Shown: in pieces, positions 48,831 to 62,012 of the stretch | How positions within the stretch are numbered: the stretch's first letter is position 1 | How the letters are laid out: each line of letters opens with the position of its first letter | Source: Eledone cirrhosa | Lineage: Eukaryota | Length of the DNA stretch: 64,000 nucleotides | Direction of reading: 5' to 3' | Assembly (NCBI GenBank): GCA_964016885.1 | Contig: CAXHJY010000254.1 | Span: 1 to 64,000 of the forward strand | Position numbers and translations under genes: made by a program | Notes under the pieces: model-generated | The model's database searches: none | The model's input: only the letters and a program-made list of their open reading frames with translations | Told to the model about the DNA's origin: nothing

Positions 48831-49626
48831 CCAAAATTATATTAAGGGTGTCATATCTAAGAATATCAGAATCATGCACCATCCCACATGTGGAATATGC
48901 TCAAAGATTCCAAGTAGTAAATCCGATCATTTATATTAATTCAAAAGTAGGATGATATATATATAATAAACACATCAAACAATTACAGGGGATAATTTGT
49001 AAAGAGTGTAACCACAAATAGTTATGGGAGTAACATATTAAAAATTAAACAAGAACTTTGAATATAGATACCTAGCAAAAATGATTAATCTCCTTTGTAT
49101 ATATTCCATTGAAGAAATATATTTCACCATTAATCAGTGGATTATAAATGTCAAAACTTGGATCATTAGCAAAGGAGAAGATTTAAGCCATTTATGATGA
49201 CACACTCAAAGCAAATCAAGAGATAACGGTGTAAAAGCACATGTGGTTTAAAAAAACACACATCGCTCTGCTGTCACGTCAGTAGCATGAATAGGTTTAT
49301 CGACAGCTAGAAATAACAGCCGATTCCTTTCAACATAATAAGCTCTACTAATGAACCTAGGAACCGTAGTACCAAAATTATATTAAGGGTGTCATGTCTG
49401 AGAATATCAGAATCATGCACCATACCACCTGTAGAATATACTCAAAGATACCAAGTGGTAAATCCAAGCATTTATATTCAAAAGTAGGATAATGTATATA
49501 TAAAATAAACACATCAAACAATTACAGGGGATTAATTTGTAAAGAGTGTAACCACAAATTATCCCATGTAATTGTTTGATGTGTTTATTTTATATATATA
49601 TATCATCCTACTTTTGAATTAATATA
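48830..49626. repeat. About 190-bp direct repeats (48830-49019, 49371-49559) followed by an inverted partial copy (49558-49626)
   Basis: ACCAAAATTATATTAAGGGTGTC..GTAACCACAAAT occurs twice; ATTATCCC..CCTACTTTTGAATTAATATA is the inverted copy. Confidence 0.85.
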
Positions 49627-50431
49627 TATATATATATATTTCTTATCTTCTACCTGTTCCAGCTGACGAGCTGAGTCCATACCAGGGTACCACCATTGTT
49701 GCTACATTTTCTATAGCTATCATTCCTTGGTTGGCCATTGATTCACAAGGGATGTTGACTTTATCACTCTTATTTGTGCTTCCACTGACCTCCCAGACAA
49801 CCTGGGGATCCGCATCTCACTTACGTACAGAATTTGGCTACTAATTCTAGCAGGTCAAGTGACCACAATAGAAACACCCTTCTTGATATTCTTTATACTT
49901 ATTTAAAATGCTATGGTGTGGCAGACGGAGATTTGGCTGTTATTTCTTGCATATCATGTGACCGTTATTATTGTTGTTTACCCCCATGTTAACTCTATTT
50001 GAGCTGACCTATGACCAAAAGTATTTCAGCCATTTCCATCCTATCATTTTAGGGATACCTCAGATTACATTATTGAACGTAACCTTTTCCTTATTTTAAA
50101 GATGGTAATTGATGAATCAAGGGAGATTTAGCTGCTATTTCTAACAGGTTAAACATAAAATACATCAGTTAATGAGAGAGGTAAGCTGTCGGCTACTGAA
50201 ATCTGCAATGTTTCGATGCTCAATTATCGTTTTTCTCAGGTTGTTAATGTGTGTCGTTAAGTAAAAGTATGAACATCATTGTTTGGTCTCATATATCCTC
50301 TTCCCTCTTTCCCTTTATTTTTTTGTTTTATAAGAATACATATTTCAAATTGCAATTAACATCAGAAAGCTGTTTTCAAGAATATAAGGGAAAATTAAAC
50401 CAAAAATCCTTTCTTTTTGCATCTTATTCAG

Positions 50432-50680
50432 GTGTGCCAGTCATTTAACATAGAAGCTCAGGCAATCCTGAACCAAGGGTTTGCACGTGTCCACAAATAC
50501 CATGCGTTTGTACAACGTCAGATCAAGGGCCAGCTACCAAGAAGGGAGTCAGAGCGGCGTAACCACCAATTAGCCCGTCATGTTGATATTCTCTCTGCTA
50601 TTGAAACACGGTTATCTTTGCTTGGAATGACGTACCTGAGATACATTGATATGGGACTTTGCTGCTTCATACCAGGAAAG
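50432..50680 (+). CDS. FBXO28: F-box only protein 28, internal coding exon (249 nt, phase 0/0)
   Basis: VCQ..LNQGF..VH.YH..Q.QIK.QLPRRESERRNH.LARH.DIL.A.ETRLSLL.MT...YID..LCCFIPGK matches FBXO28; TTATTCAG| acceptor and |GTATGG donor. Confidence 0.93.
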
Positions 50681-50814
50681 GTATGGTATTATTTATCATA
50701 ATTTATTTAATAGTTTTCTGTGCATCACTAGTTGCACACATGCGTTCCTGTGTTGTGTACAGCATTGTCTTTTGCAGATGTTGTGCCAGAAAAATGTTCA
50801 TACTTGATACATCT

Positions 50815-51300
50815 TAATAAATCTACCTTTGAGTACTGTTGTCACATTTGTTCTGGTGCTTCTGCTGAGCACCTCCAGAGTCTAGATATATTCCAAAGAA
50901 GAATCGTCAACATTATGGGTCTTGATTTATCATGCCAACTTCAATCACTATTACATCATCAAAATGTTGCCTCTGTGTGCCTTCTCTATAAATATTTTTA
51001 TGGAAATTATTCTGATGAGCTTTCTTCTTTGCTACCTTGTCTTCATGAGTTTAAATGTAGCACCAGATTTGCAGCTGGTCTCATCCCTTTACAGATGAAG
51101 TTCCTAAATGTAATTGTAAATCCTATTCTGATAGTTTCTTGCACATCTTTCCTATGGAACTCGCTTTCTGCTTCTTGCTTTCATGACCACTACAATTTGC
51201 GAAACCTCAAAAGCAGTATCAATTGTCTTCTCGCTTCTTGAATTATGTTCTCTCTATCTTGTTCTTTTCCCTTCCTGATAACCCCTAGAATTTTAGTTGC
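50815..51300 (+). mobile_element. Decayed CR1/jockey-group LINE 3' fragment in an FBXO28 intron
   Basis: FEYCCHI..LD..QRR...LQSL.H...VAS..LLYKYF.G..S.EL..LLP..FLWNSL is typical of post-RT LINE C-termini. Confidence 0.75.
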
Positions 51301-53640
51301 TTTATTGCCTTGTGTGGGGGTTTAAAAAATGGATGTAGAATTGTGTTTGTATAATTCTGTTCTTTGTTGTGAGATTTGGTTTATTGTTTCTGGTGTTATT
51401 TTAGTGTTTTGTCTCTTTGTTGTGTAGATTATGTGCAATGTGAGTTTGTGGGGACTGTGTAGGTTATGTACTATATCTGTAGTGTGGATTGTGTTATATT
51501 AATGGGTGACAATTGTATAGAATATGTGTGTGCTGGCATGAATTATATAGAGTGTGTGTTGTGTGCAGAGATGTATGTACTGTGTGAGTTGTGCTGTTCA
51601 ATTGAAATTATTATTTGGCAGAATCATCAAAGCATCAGACAAAATGCTTCACAATAGTTGTTCCAACTCTTTGCATTCTAAGTTCAAATCTTACCATAGT
51701 CAACTTTTGATTTTCATCTATTTGGAGTTGATTAAATAAAGTACCTGTCAGGTGCTTGGGTCAGTTTAATCAACTAACTGCTTCCCTGGCTATGTGCCCT
51801 AATCTAGAAATTATTATTATTATTATTTTAATAGTTAGTTACAGCCTTTATGTTCCAATTTCAAATGCTGTCCAAAGTGAACTTTGCCTTTTATCCTTAT
51901 GGGATCAATATAATAATTTACAAGTCAAGTATTAGAGTTGATTTAAACAAATACATCCTCCTACCATAATCTCTGAGCTTGTGTTTACTGAACAAAATAT
52001 GTTAATCAACCAAGGCAATGAGGAAACTTCTACATGGCTGCTCAATCTGTTAAAAATAGCAACCAAATCTTTCTGCACTCACATTCTACTATATTAAAGA
52101 AAGAACAAATGAGTTAATGCAGTTCTACTTAGTCTTAACTGTGTTATGTTCACAGTTGGAATGCCTTTGATCATAAGTCTCTTGCAATTAGGGTTGACCT
52201 GGGGCTAAACATCAACTTTACTCAATGTTTCCCTAGACATAAAATCACATGGTTATGTTGCATATGGTAGATAAGTATCCTTGTTTGCCAAGAGGTAGAT
52301 TTATCTTTTGTCCCTTTAATATCATAAAAACCACAAGACCTCTATGTGGTTGTTCAACCTGCTAGAAATAGCAATCTAATTTCCCTCAAATCAGATCCTA
52401 TCATCTTAAAAAAAAGGAAGGGCACATTGGATAGTGTTGTGCTGGATATACAAAAATACAGGATACTCATAGCTGGAATGTCTTTAACCATAAGTCTGCT
52501 TGAACAGGATTCACAAGAGAAACCATAAAATCAGAATTAAGCACTGACTCTCAAAAGTCCTTCAGAGGTTTGTGATGATTATATTTTAGTTGTTATTGCT
52601 TAGCCCCACGTCAGTGCTGTCTGAACAGACCTATAATCAAAAGGTGTTCCAGTCATGACCATCCTGTCTTTTTTGTTTTTTCATCATATAGTATAATTAT
52701 GACTACCTCATCAAATATCATCATCATTTAACGTCTACCTTCCATTTTTTAAGAAGGTATGATCTTATTTGAAGAAAATTAAGCTGATATTTCTAGCAAG
52801 TCCTGGAAATCCGCTTTATTAGTGCATACATATTTTTCTACCCTTTTTTTGCATATGCAGTATTTGTTCCAATTCTCTTTGCACCGAGTTCAAATTTCCC
52901 CATGGTCAACTTTGTCTTTCAGTGGGGATAAAGTAATTCAGGCTAGTGCATTAGCAAAATTGTTATTGTGTCAAATGAGATGTCATATGGTATATGTTCC
53001 AACTCTTTGAATTTTGTGTTCTTGTACGATATACTTAAACCATTTTTTGGTTTAAAACCACCACCTGGTCCTTTGGTGCATTTTTAGTGGAGTCCACTTT
53101 GTTGCAAGTATTCAGGTCAGGTCTTTAGTTCGAGGATAAATTTCCCCCTTCCTACCACCAGTGTCAGATGCTGTCAAAATGTAAGGGAACATTGGCACTG
53201 CCTTTACCTCCCATTATGTATGAACTCGTAACTTTTGTTAAAGTTGTTGGGGCGTCATAGCATGTGTACAGCATGTTTTTGGACATTTTAAAACTGGCAG
53301 AGCCCATCCCCTCTCTAAGTTTAAACACAGCCAGTTTCTTCCAGAGAAGGAGAAAGAGAGAAAGTGATGAAAGGGAAGAGAGATAGAAGAATTGACCCCA
53401 GTACTGGACTACTTTTTTATCGACCTCAAATGGATGAAAGTTGGCTGTGGCAGGTTTTGAAATATGAGTGCAGAGAGCCGGAACGAATACCATAAAGCAT
53501 TCTATCTAACATTCTAACAACTCTGCCAATTCTTACCTCAATAACTAAATGGTAAAAAAAAAATAAAGATAATTTACCCCCTTGCATACAACACACCCCA
53601 CACACAGTTCTTCAAATGATATCTTTTGTCTTTATGTCAG

Positions 53641-53848
53641 GTGCTAGATGAACTTTACCACATACTGCAAACACTTCAGTGTACATGCCAACCTCCTCGT
53701 GCTCATGAGTTCCTCCAAGAACTGCGGGACATATCTTCTATGGCCATGGAGCATTTTGAAGAGAAAATTGTGCCTTCATTGAAACAGAAAATGCCAAGTG
53801 TTCGACTAACACTTGGCAACTTTAATGTCAACTCAGAATCAGAAGCTG
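53641..53848 (+). CDS. FBXO28: FBXO28 internal coding exon (208 nt, phase 0/1)
   Basis: VLDELY..L......P.RAHEFLQELRDISSMAMEHFEEKIVP.LK.K.P; TTTATGTCAG| acceptor and G|GTAAGA donor. Confidence 0.93.
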
Positions 53849-55119
53849 GTAAGAAGTCTAATTTTTTTTATTACTCCTCATCCTCTCCCTCTCTTTGTTT
53901 CCTACTTTGATACCTCTAATGTAACCAATACTTTGAACTTTCTTAAGTCAACAGGGTGTGTTTTGAGGGGAATTTGGATATTATTTCTAGAGGGTTAATC
54001 AACCACATATTTATCCCCTTGTTGATTTGTCACCATCCTAGATTAGCATGTCAAACAAACACCAGGGAACCATTTCTAGGACAACCAATATGTGTTATGA
54101 AAAATTTAGCCTCAAGCAAACAAAATAGGAAGACTCCTGTTTAATATTAAATAGAATAACATGACTGACCACTATGAATATTATGCTCTAAAGTGAAGAA
54201 GAAGCATGTTTATAGGATGTCTTCTGACTTTCTTACACTATCTCTCTCTAGTTTCCCCCACTCACTCTCACTTCACCTCTATAAATGAAAATGTTTCTTT
54301 GAGTCATCATCATCATCATCGTTTAATGTCCATCTTCCACGCTAGTGTTTAAATAGCATTCTAGGTGAGGTCAGGTTTGTCTCCTACTACTTTTGATAAA
54401 ATAGAAAATACAGAACAAACGACTGCATATACTTAGGGTACACAGAGCTGTGCTCTGTAGTGCAGTGAAATAATGAAATAAAAGTGATAGTGGATACAGG
54501 GCCAATTAAGGAACCCCACAAATCCTTGATTGCTCTTACTGATAAGGGTAAATGTCCTCTCCCAGCTGTATTTTTTAACCTACAAGCATATGCTGAGATT
54601 AGGCTCATTCATGAGGCTCCTGCTCTTCACTCTCAATCACCATTCCAAATGGAACATGAAGTCAGGGAGGGCTTTACTGTTCAACATAACTCCACAAATC
54701 AGCAATACTTGTACACATGGTTTTTGTTACTCTGTGTGCTCCCACCCCATTAACTCTTTTGATACCAACCTGCCTGAGACTAATTTGTTTTATGATACAA
54801 AACAGTCCATTTAAAATGTATTTAAATTTAAGCTCTCTAGCATAATTTTATGAAATAAACTTTTATGTGCTAAACACAAATCTAATAATGAAGTTAGTTA
54901 TTTTATTAAATCCCTCAATATTCTTGATTATTTTATAAATTAATTGAAACATAAAGACTGTGCATTTCATTAAGAATTTGGTTACATTAAGGTTAACACT
55001 CCCAATAATAATGGTAAATTGTACTTTTGCTTATTTTTTCTTTATTGATATAATAGTAATCTTTACTGTGAAGTTACATCCACACCACACATTGAAGGTG
55101 TTTATTTTTCTTGTTTTAG

Positions 55120-55769
55120 GAACTTCTAGTGCTATAGTGCCGCTGAATAACTCCCAGCCTGGTATGCGAGCCATTTCTCTGAGGGAAGAGATCACTAACA
55201 TGCATACGATGATTCGCTCACAGAGTAACTCCATGAAGGTTTTCAAACGAGAACTCTCTGAAATGCAGACCAAGCACAACCTGCAGCGCAAGAAGTCCAG
55301 AGAATTTAACAAGAAACTGCTTGTTCAGAAGAAACGTTGCAAACTTCAGAACAAATGTTTATCTGATTTGAACACACGACTTCTTGAGGAGGAACGCAAG
55401 GTCGATGAGCTGAGTAGCAAACTTTTAAGCCAGGGCAAAACAATGGCTGAACTTAATGACAGGGTGAATGACCAGGGGAGAAAAATCGCCGAACTGAACC
55501 AGAAGCTTGTTCTGTATGAGGACAAGTTTACTAGTAAATTGCCTACTTATGCTGACCTTGACACAAAAATCTGTGAAGGGCACAAGGAAGCTGATTTTAA
55601 CTCACCTAGTTGCCACAGCACAAGCTCTGTGTCAGAGCATATGGTGGATTCATCTTTAGACCACTTAGGTGACATAGCAGGTCGGAAGGCCAAAAAGACT
55701 ATAAAGCGAAGGCTTTCCATGTCTGGGAATCAAAGTGACCTACCAAATATAAAACATTACAAACAGTAG
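55120..55769 (+). CDS. FBXO28: FBXO28 probable last coding exon (coiled coil + basic C-terminus)
   Basis: TTGTTTTAG| acceptor gives a phase-1 join G+GA that keeps the 54960-55769 frame; heptad-rich segment and RKAKKTIKRR tail; TAG stop. Confidence 0.82.
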
Positions 55770-55984
55770 AGCTAACTACACTTGTCTGTCTTTTTTACAG
55801 ACTTGGAATGTTACTGAATTTGTTTGTTGTTTTTCTTCAACAAGGAAAAAAAAAAAGAAAGCATGAGGAAGACAGAAAAATTGATAAAAATTAAATATAT
55901 ATTACTACTATTTTTTTTTTATAGACTCCAGGGTCCTCCCTTCTTGTAAATATATTTAAATACATGTATACATATATACATGCA

Positions 55985-56016
<32 letters not shown>

Positions 56017-56034
56017 GTATATATGTGTATATAT

Positions 56035-56894
56035 AAATATAAATTCAACGAGAATCGCATTTCGGCGGGTAGAAAAAGCGAAACGTAACGCAAATTCCGA
56101 GTCATGCTAGCAAGCGCTCCATGGGCTAAAAAAGACCAGAGCAATAAGGTTATTAGGCCATACAAACTGAGAAGGCGGTCAAGGCGCCATTAACCACCTA
56201 AGCCAAAAAACAACTCAAGCTAAACAGGTCAGAAAAAATAAATGACATATTCATATACATATATATATATACATATACATATATATATAACAAACCTGGA
56301 CCCTTGGAATTGATGGTAAAATCCAGTACAGGGTTTCTGTGACACCTAAATCAATAATACTGTCTGCTTAAAACAATAAGCTTTTGGTATAATGATCGAA
56401 TGAGGAATATCACGTTATCAACAGGTATTTTGTTCTGCGCCAGTGTTGTGGATGACACAGTGTTTTGTAAAAGCACCTGCGTAACTCACAAGGAAAAACC
56501 CCCAGATTTTGGCAAATTAATTCAGTATGTGTAAATCTATGCAAAAAATTGCATAAATAGCACAAATCGAATAAGCTCTCGACCGGTTAGTTTTTAAAAT
56601 AAACTTAAGCAATTGATCTGTCAGTAGAATTATTAACAGGTTAATTGTAAGACTTGGGAGATTAATACAAATATAAATTCAGCGAGAATCGCATTTCGGC
56701 GGGTAGAAAAAGCGAAATGTAACGCAAATTCCGAGTCATGCTGGCATGCGCTCCATGGGCTAAAAAAGACCAGAGCAATAAGGTTATAAGGCCATACAAA
56801 CTGAGAAGGCGGTCAAGAAGCCATTAACCACCTAAACCAAAAAACAAGTCAAGCTAAACAGGTCAGACAAAATAAATGACATATTCATATACAT
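56035..56894. repeat. About 225-bp direct repeats (56035-56260, 56669-56894) around a short TA run and a 380-bp unique core
   Basis: AAATATAAATTCA.CGAGAATCGCATTTCGGCGGG...GACATATTCATATACAT occurs twice, 634 bp apart. Confidence 0.9.
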
Positions 56895-56897
56895 ATA

Positions 56898-56929
<32 letters not shown>

Positions 56930-57028
56930 ATGTCTGTATATATATATGTATATATATATGTGTGTGTATATGTATATATATATATATATCACCATCATCA
57001 TTTAACGTCTATCTTCCACGCTAGCATG

Positions 57029-57100
<72 letters not shown>

Positions 57101-57410
57101 GAAGAAGTTATATTTAATTTGTTGGGATTCAACAAGCTTAAAAGTTTTTATAACTGATATAAAGCACTCAACAAGTTTCATATATATATATATATATATA
57201 TAGATATATATATATATATATATGAAACTAGGGAGAAAAAGACGATTATTAGGAAGAAAAATATTTTTTTTTCCTTTTATTTCTTTCTCTTTTTTCTGGG
57301 TTAGAAAATGTTTAATACAAAATATTTTACTTTCTGTGAAGTGATAAGGTATTAGTTAATTTATTTATTAATTAACAATGGCATTTATTTATTTATATAT
57401 TTAATAATTG

Positions 57411-57450
57411 TCTATTACCGGTTTCAGCATTTTATGCATTATCAAAGAGG
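57411..57450 (-). ncRNA. Degenerate hammerhead relic
   Basis: CTCT-TTGATAA-T-GCAT-AAA-ATGC-T-GAAA-CCGG-TA-ATAG; palindromic stem III; core shows C3U plus G8A. Confidence 0.5.
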
Positions 57451-57684
57451 GAGATTTGTATTGGTGTAAAATGTTGGTGATGTTGAACATGTTAAGGAAA
57501 TGGGGAAGAAAGAATAATATTATTTACAAACAAGGTTTTTGAAGTGAAAAGAAAAAAGAAAAGAAAAGGGGGTGATGTGGACATGATAAGGTAATGGGAA
57601 AGAAAAAATATTATTTACAGGCATAGCTCTTGAGGATAAGCAGTTCAAAATGTGTTATTATCGCAAGAGCGCTTAGTTGATCCA

Positions 57685-57745
<61 letters not shown>

Positions 57746-57843
57746 TATATATATCATGCTAGCGTGGAAGATAGACGTTAAACGATGATGGTGATGATGG
57801 TGATGATGATGATATGTATATATATGTATATGTATATGTATGT

Positions 57844-57882
<39 letters not shown>

Positions 57883-57883
<1 letters not shown>

Positions 57884-58214
57884 CATCATCATCATTTCAT
57901 TTTACGTCCGCTTTTCCCTGCTTGCAAGGGTAGGACGGGAACTGATTCTGGTTTGATTTCTACAGCTGGATGCCCTTCCTAACACCAACCTCATTTAGAG
58001 TGAGTGCTGGGTGCTTTTTTGCCGTGGCATCTGCACAAACAACTTTGCAGTGGGATGATATGGACCCCAGTCCCTATCATCTCATTTCTACAGCTGAGTA
58101 AACTGGAGCAATGTGAAATAAAGTGTCTTGCTCAAGGAAACAACACATCACCCGGTCTGAGAATTGAACTCACAACCTTTTGATTGCAAGGCCAATGCTC
58201 TAACCACTAAGCCA

Positions 58215-58219
<5 letters not shown>
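57883..58219 (-). mobile_element. Full tRNA-head/CORE-like SINE with RTE tail
   Basis: A box TGGCTTAGTGG, B box GAGTTCAATTC, core CCTTGAGCAAGACACTT, (GAT)n tail. Confidence 0.88.
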
Positions 58220-58272
<53 letters not shown>

Positions 58273-58275
<3 letters not shown>

Positions 58276-59211
58276 TCATCATCATCATCAACGTTTAACG
58301 TCCGTGTTCCACGCTTGCATGGGTTTGGACGGGGGTAGTCCCACTTGAGGCAAGAGTGATTGTCTTGCTCGCATAGGACTGTCTGGCAGGTTTTCTACAG
58401 TTGGATGCCCTTCCTAACACCAACCACATTTACAGTGTGGGTCTGGGAGGTTTTTACCGTGTTGCCCACACGGCCACATTACAGCGTGGACTGTGTGTTT
58501 TTTTGTCGTGACACCTACACGATCTCATTTGTTTCGGCCTGGATGGCGCGGCACCAACATAACTTTACATAGGACGGGGTGGTGTGGATGGGGTGGGGGT
58601 GGTGGTGGTGGGACGGGGTGTATTTTGTTAGAGATGCCTACTGGCTGGAGTAGGTTTTACTATATATTTAGGTAAGGCGGGTCTTCTCTGTTACTGAGTA
58701 CCACCAAAGGTCTCGGTCCAGTGACATTGTCTTGGAGAGGTGTAAGTGTGTGAGGTCGGAGTTTATCAGCTCGTCCCAGGTTTTTCTAGGTCTGCCTATT
58801 CCGTGGCTACCGTCTATCTTTATTGCCCTGCACTTTGTTATACAGCTATCGACTTTCATGCGCATCACGTGTCCATACCAACGTAGCCTTCTCTCGAGTA
58901 AACAGCATCTGATCCCTCTTATCTCTAATTTTTTCCTTAGTTCGTTTATGCTTTGCCGTTCACGTATATTACTGTTACACATCCAGCGGAGCATGCAAGC
59001 TTCGTTCCTCTCTAGTCTGCGTATATCCTCTGCACACAATGCCCATGTCTCACTGCCATGCAACATTGCTGTTCGTATGCAGGCATCGTACAACCTGCCT
59101 TTCATTTTTAGGGAGAACTCTTTAGCAGCTAATAGTGGTATAAGCTCTCTGAACTTTTTCCAACCAGTTCTGACTCTAGCTACAGTACTTTCAGAGCACC
59201 CTCCCCCACTG

Positions 59212-59214
<3 letters not shown>
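58273..59214 (-). mobile_element. 5'-truncated RTE LINE, near-identical to 27700-28607
   Basis: ORF 58668-59105 almost identical to the C-terminus of 26583-28256. Confidence 0.93.
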
Positions 59215-59254
<40 letters not shown>

Positions 59255-59258
<4 letters not shown>

Positions 59259-61527
59259 TTATTAAAATAACAGATTAAAGTTTAAGCAAAGAATCGCTGC
59301 TTTCACCCTTAACGGGATCTTCTGAAACTAACAAAGTCAATCTGTAGACGCAGAACTGGATATTTCAAAAAACGTTGCAACCGGTGGAAGACAGGAAGAG
59401 GATACTTTGGTTCGTGGTAACGTTCGCTGGCAAAGAACGGGAAAAAACGAATAATACGTCATTAATAGGAGCGGTGAAAAACAATTACGCGCAAAGACAA
59501 AACCACGTTTATGGTATAAAAGAGGTCGTAGACTAATGTTCTCTTAGGTGGTGCATAGAGACGTTCTCTGGCAATGAACGAAAAAACGAAGATAATAAGT
59601 CATATGTGGAGCGTGGAGAAGAATAGCACGCAAAGACAAAACCACGTAAATGGTATAGCAGAAATCGTAGACTAAAATTCTAACTAGGAGACCAAATGAA
59701 TCTCCGCTACAGAGTTAAGAACAAAGTAAATAAATACAATACAGAAGTAATAGAAACAAATAAATACATACACGCAAACAGATACGTACATACACAAGCA
59801 TACACAAAGCCTTACCATGGGTATACAAAACCACGTACATATAAATATGTGTGTGTGTGTGTATGCTTGTGTACAAATAAATAAAAAATTAATGAAAAAT
59901 TATATAAACGTATATAAGTAAATAAATACGTATATAACAGGCGCACACGCATACCTACATATAAATACACGAATGTTCGGAGACGTAAGTCAACTAAAAC
60001 AAGAAGTACACATATACACACACCCACCATACGTACGAACCTGCGGACGCAAAACTCCCGTATACACATAGCCAAACCCTAAATACCAGAATATGTAAAA
60101 ATTATATGCTATAACAGTCAAATATACGTACGAGAAGGTATACATTACTTCACAAAAGATAAGGGTAATATATACTTACCTATGCAAATAAGTAAAGGAA
60201 TAAACAAAACATATAATTAGCTCCCACATCAAGACGTAAATTATCCACGTATAGATTGTGCTATCCGTTAGGGTATAACGTGGGGCTGTAATACAGGAAA
60301 GTTTTGTACAATTTACGTTTACAAGCCGAAATTGCCTCAGATTTTTTGTTTAAGATGTGGTCTGTAGCGTAGAGTATTTCCAGGGCCTCAGCGGCGCAGA
60401 GGTCACATGGTCTTTTATTTCTGTTATACGATCTAGCCCTAGCTAGGATCTCCCAGTGTAACTTATATTGGGTGTGGTTGTCTTTTAGACTCCAGATATA
60501 AGCTGAAAGTGACGTCATATTCCTTCTTAGAGGGTAACGAAAAGAATGGGTATGCATGTAAAGACGCTGCTTGAAACTATTGGCGGTTAACCCTATGTAG
60601 GCCCTACGGGACGTGGGTGTTACAACCTTACATTTGTAGACAATGTTACTAGAAAGGCATTTCCCGGATAGGGGGCAATCAGCCCGATTTCTACAATTAC
60701 AGTTAGTACTAACTACAGGGTTGCACGTGTTCCTACGGCTAGGTAGTTTAGCTAAATTTGAAGCTGTGATGTTATGTGCAAGGTTAGGAGTTGTAGAGTA
60801 AGAAATTTTAATAGTATTTCTATTAAAAATTTTACTATATTTATGTGTATGGGGAAAATGCTTCGTAATAAGGGAAAGAAAGATATTAGCTAATGGTGTG
60901 GCCACCTCCATATTATATGGTGGGTTAAACCAACAAATGCGACGGGATCTATTTCTTCTAGGTCTATTTTCGTACTCTGTATATGCTACCTTATCGACAA
61001 ATCCACTTCGAGCAAGAGCTTCATTGTAATAAGTGGAATGGTCATTGAAAATGCGCTCGTTGGTGGAAAGACGGGAAAGCCTCAACGAAACGTTTCTTAC
61101 CAGGTTCTTGGTTATGCTGGCAGGATGGTTGGCATGCTTACTTATGTAATTAAGCGTATCATTCGGCTTTCTATACGGGTAATACAACCCATTCAATAAA
61201 TTGAAGGTAACGTCGAGGTAATTAACGACCGAGAGATTGGCCTCAACCTGTATAGAGAGGTTGAAGCCTTTAAAGAAGGCTGTGAGTTCTTTTCTGAACC
61301 TGTCGCAAGCACGAGGTCCGCACTTAGTCATGGTCAAAAGACCATCGTGACGGTACAAACCACCGCCCGCGTTGGGGAATTCGTCCTTGATAGAGAAAAG
61401 AAGGAAAAGGCCAATAAGATCAGTAACCTCCGCAGAGTCACTGGCGCCCATACTCACGTCGAATGGGGTACTATTCCTTATCGAGCCCTCTTTGGATTTT
61501 AGTCTTCAATTTTATTATTATTACTAT
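59255..61527 (-). mobile_element. PLE family C, 5'-truncated (ORF 60261-61457) with an inverted tail piece at 61474-61527
   Basis: [20 protein letters not shown] (YRDD with D to H), NYLDVT, WFNPPY, CNC..CPL..C, GIY-YIG; 61474-61527 is the reverse complement of 29359-29413. Confidence 0.93.
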
Positions 61528-61680
61528 ATATGTATATATGTATATATATATATATGTATATATATATATGTGTATATATATATATGTATATATATATGTA
61601 TATATATGTATATGTATATATATGTATATGTATATATGTATATATATGTATATGTATATATGTATATATATGTATATGTA

Positions 61681-61721
<41 letters not shown>

Positions 61722-62012
61722 GTATATATATGTATATGTATATATATGTATATGTATATATATATATGTATATATATATGTATATGTATATATATATGTA
61801 TATGTATATATATGTATATGTATATGTATATATATATATAGATATAGATAGGTAAATATACACGGGTGTGTATGATTGTGTATAGAAGATTATATTAATA
61901 AGAGGAATTCCAACTTTGTCTGATTTACTCGTTTTATTTACAATCCTTTAAAATATATATAATGGTATTATAATGAAATAGTATGATAGAATATTAAATT
62001 CTAAGTGTTAAT

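Noticed and set aside
49660-49700. CTGACGAG hammerhead-like 5' half
   Set aside because: No GAAA with a compatible stem II/III nearby.
50181-50239. 59-nt GTAAGC..TTTCTCAG mini-intron-like segment
   Set aside because: Flanks have no supportable reading frame; cannot be distinguished from chance without RNA data.
58150-58219. tRNA gene
   Set aside because: The A/B boxes belong to a SINE head continuous with core and LINE tail; no acceptor stem.
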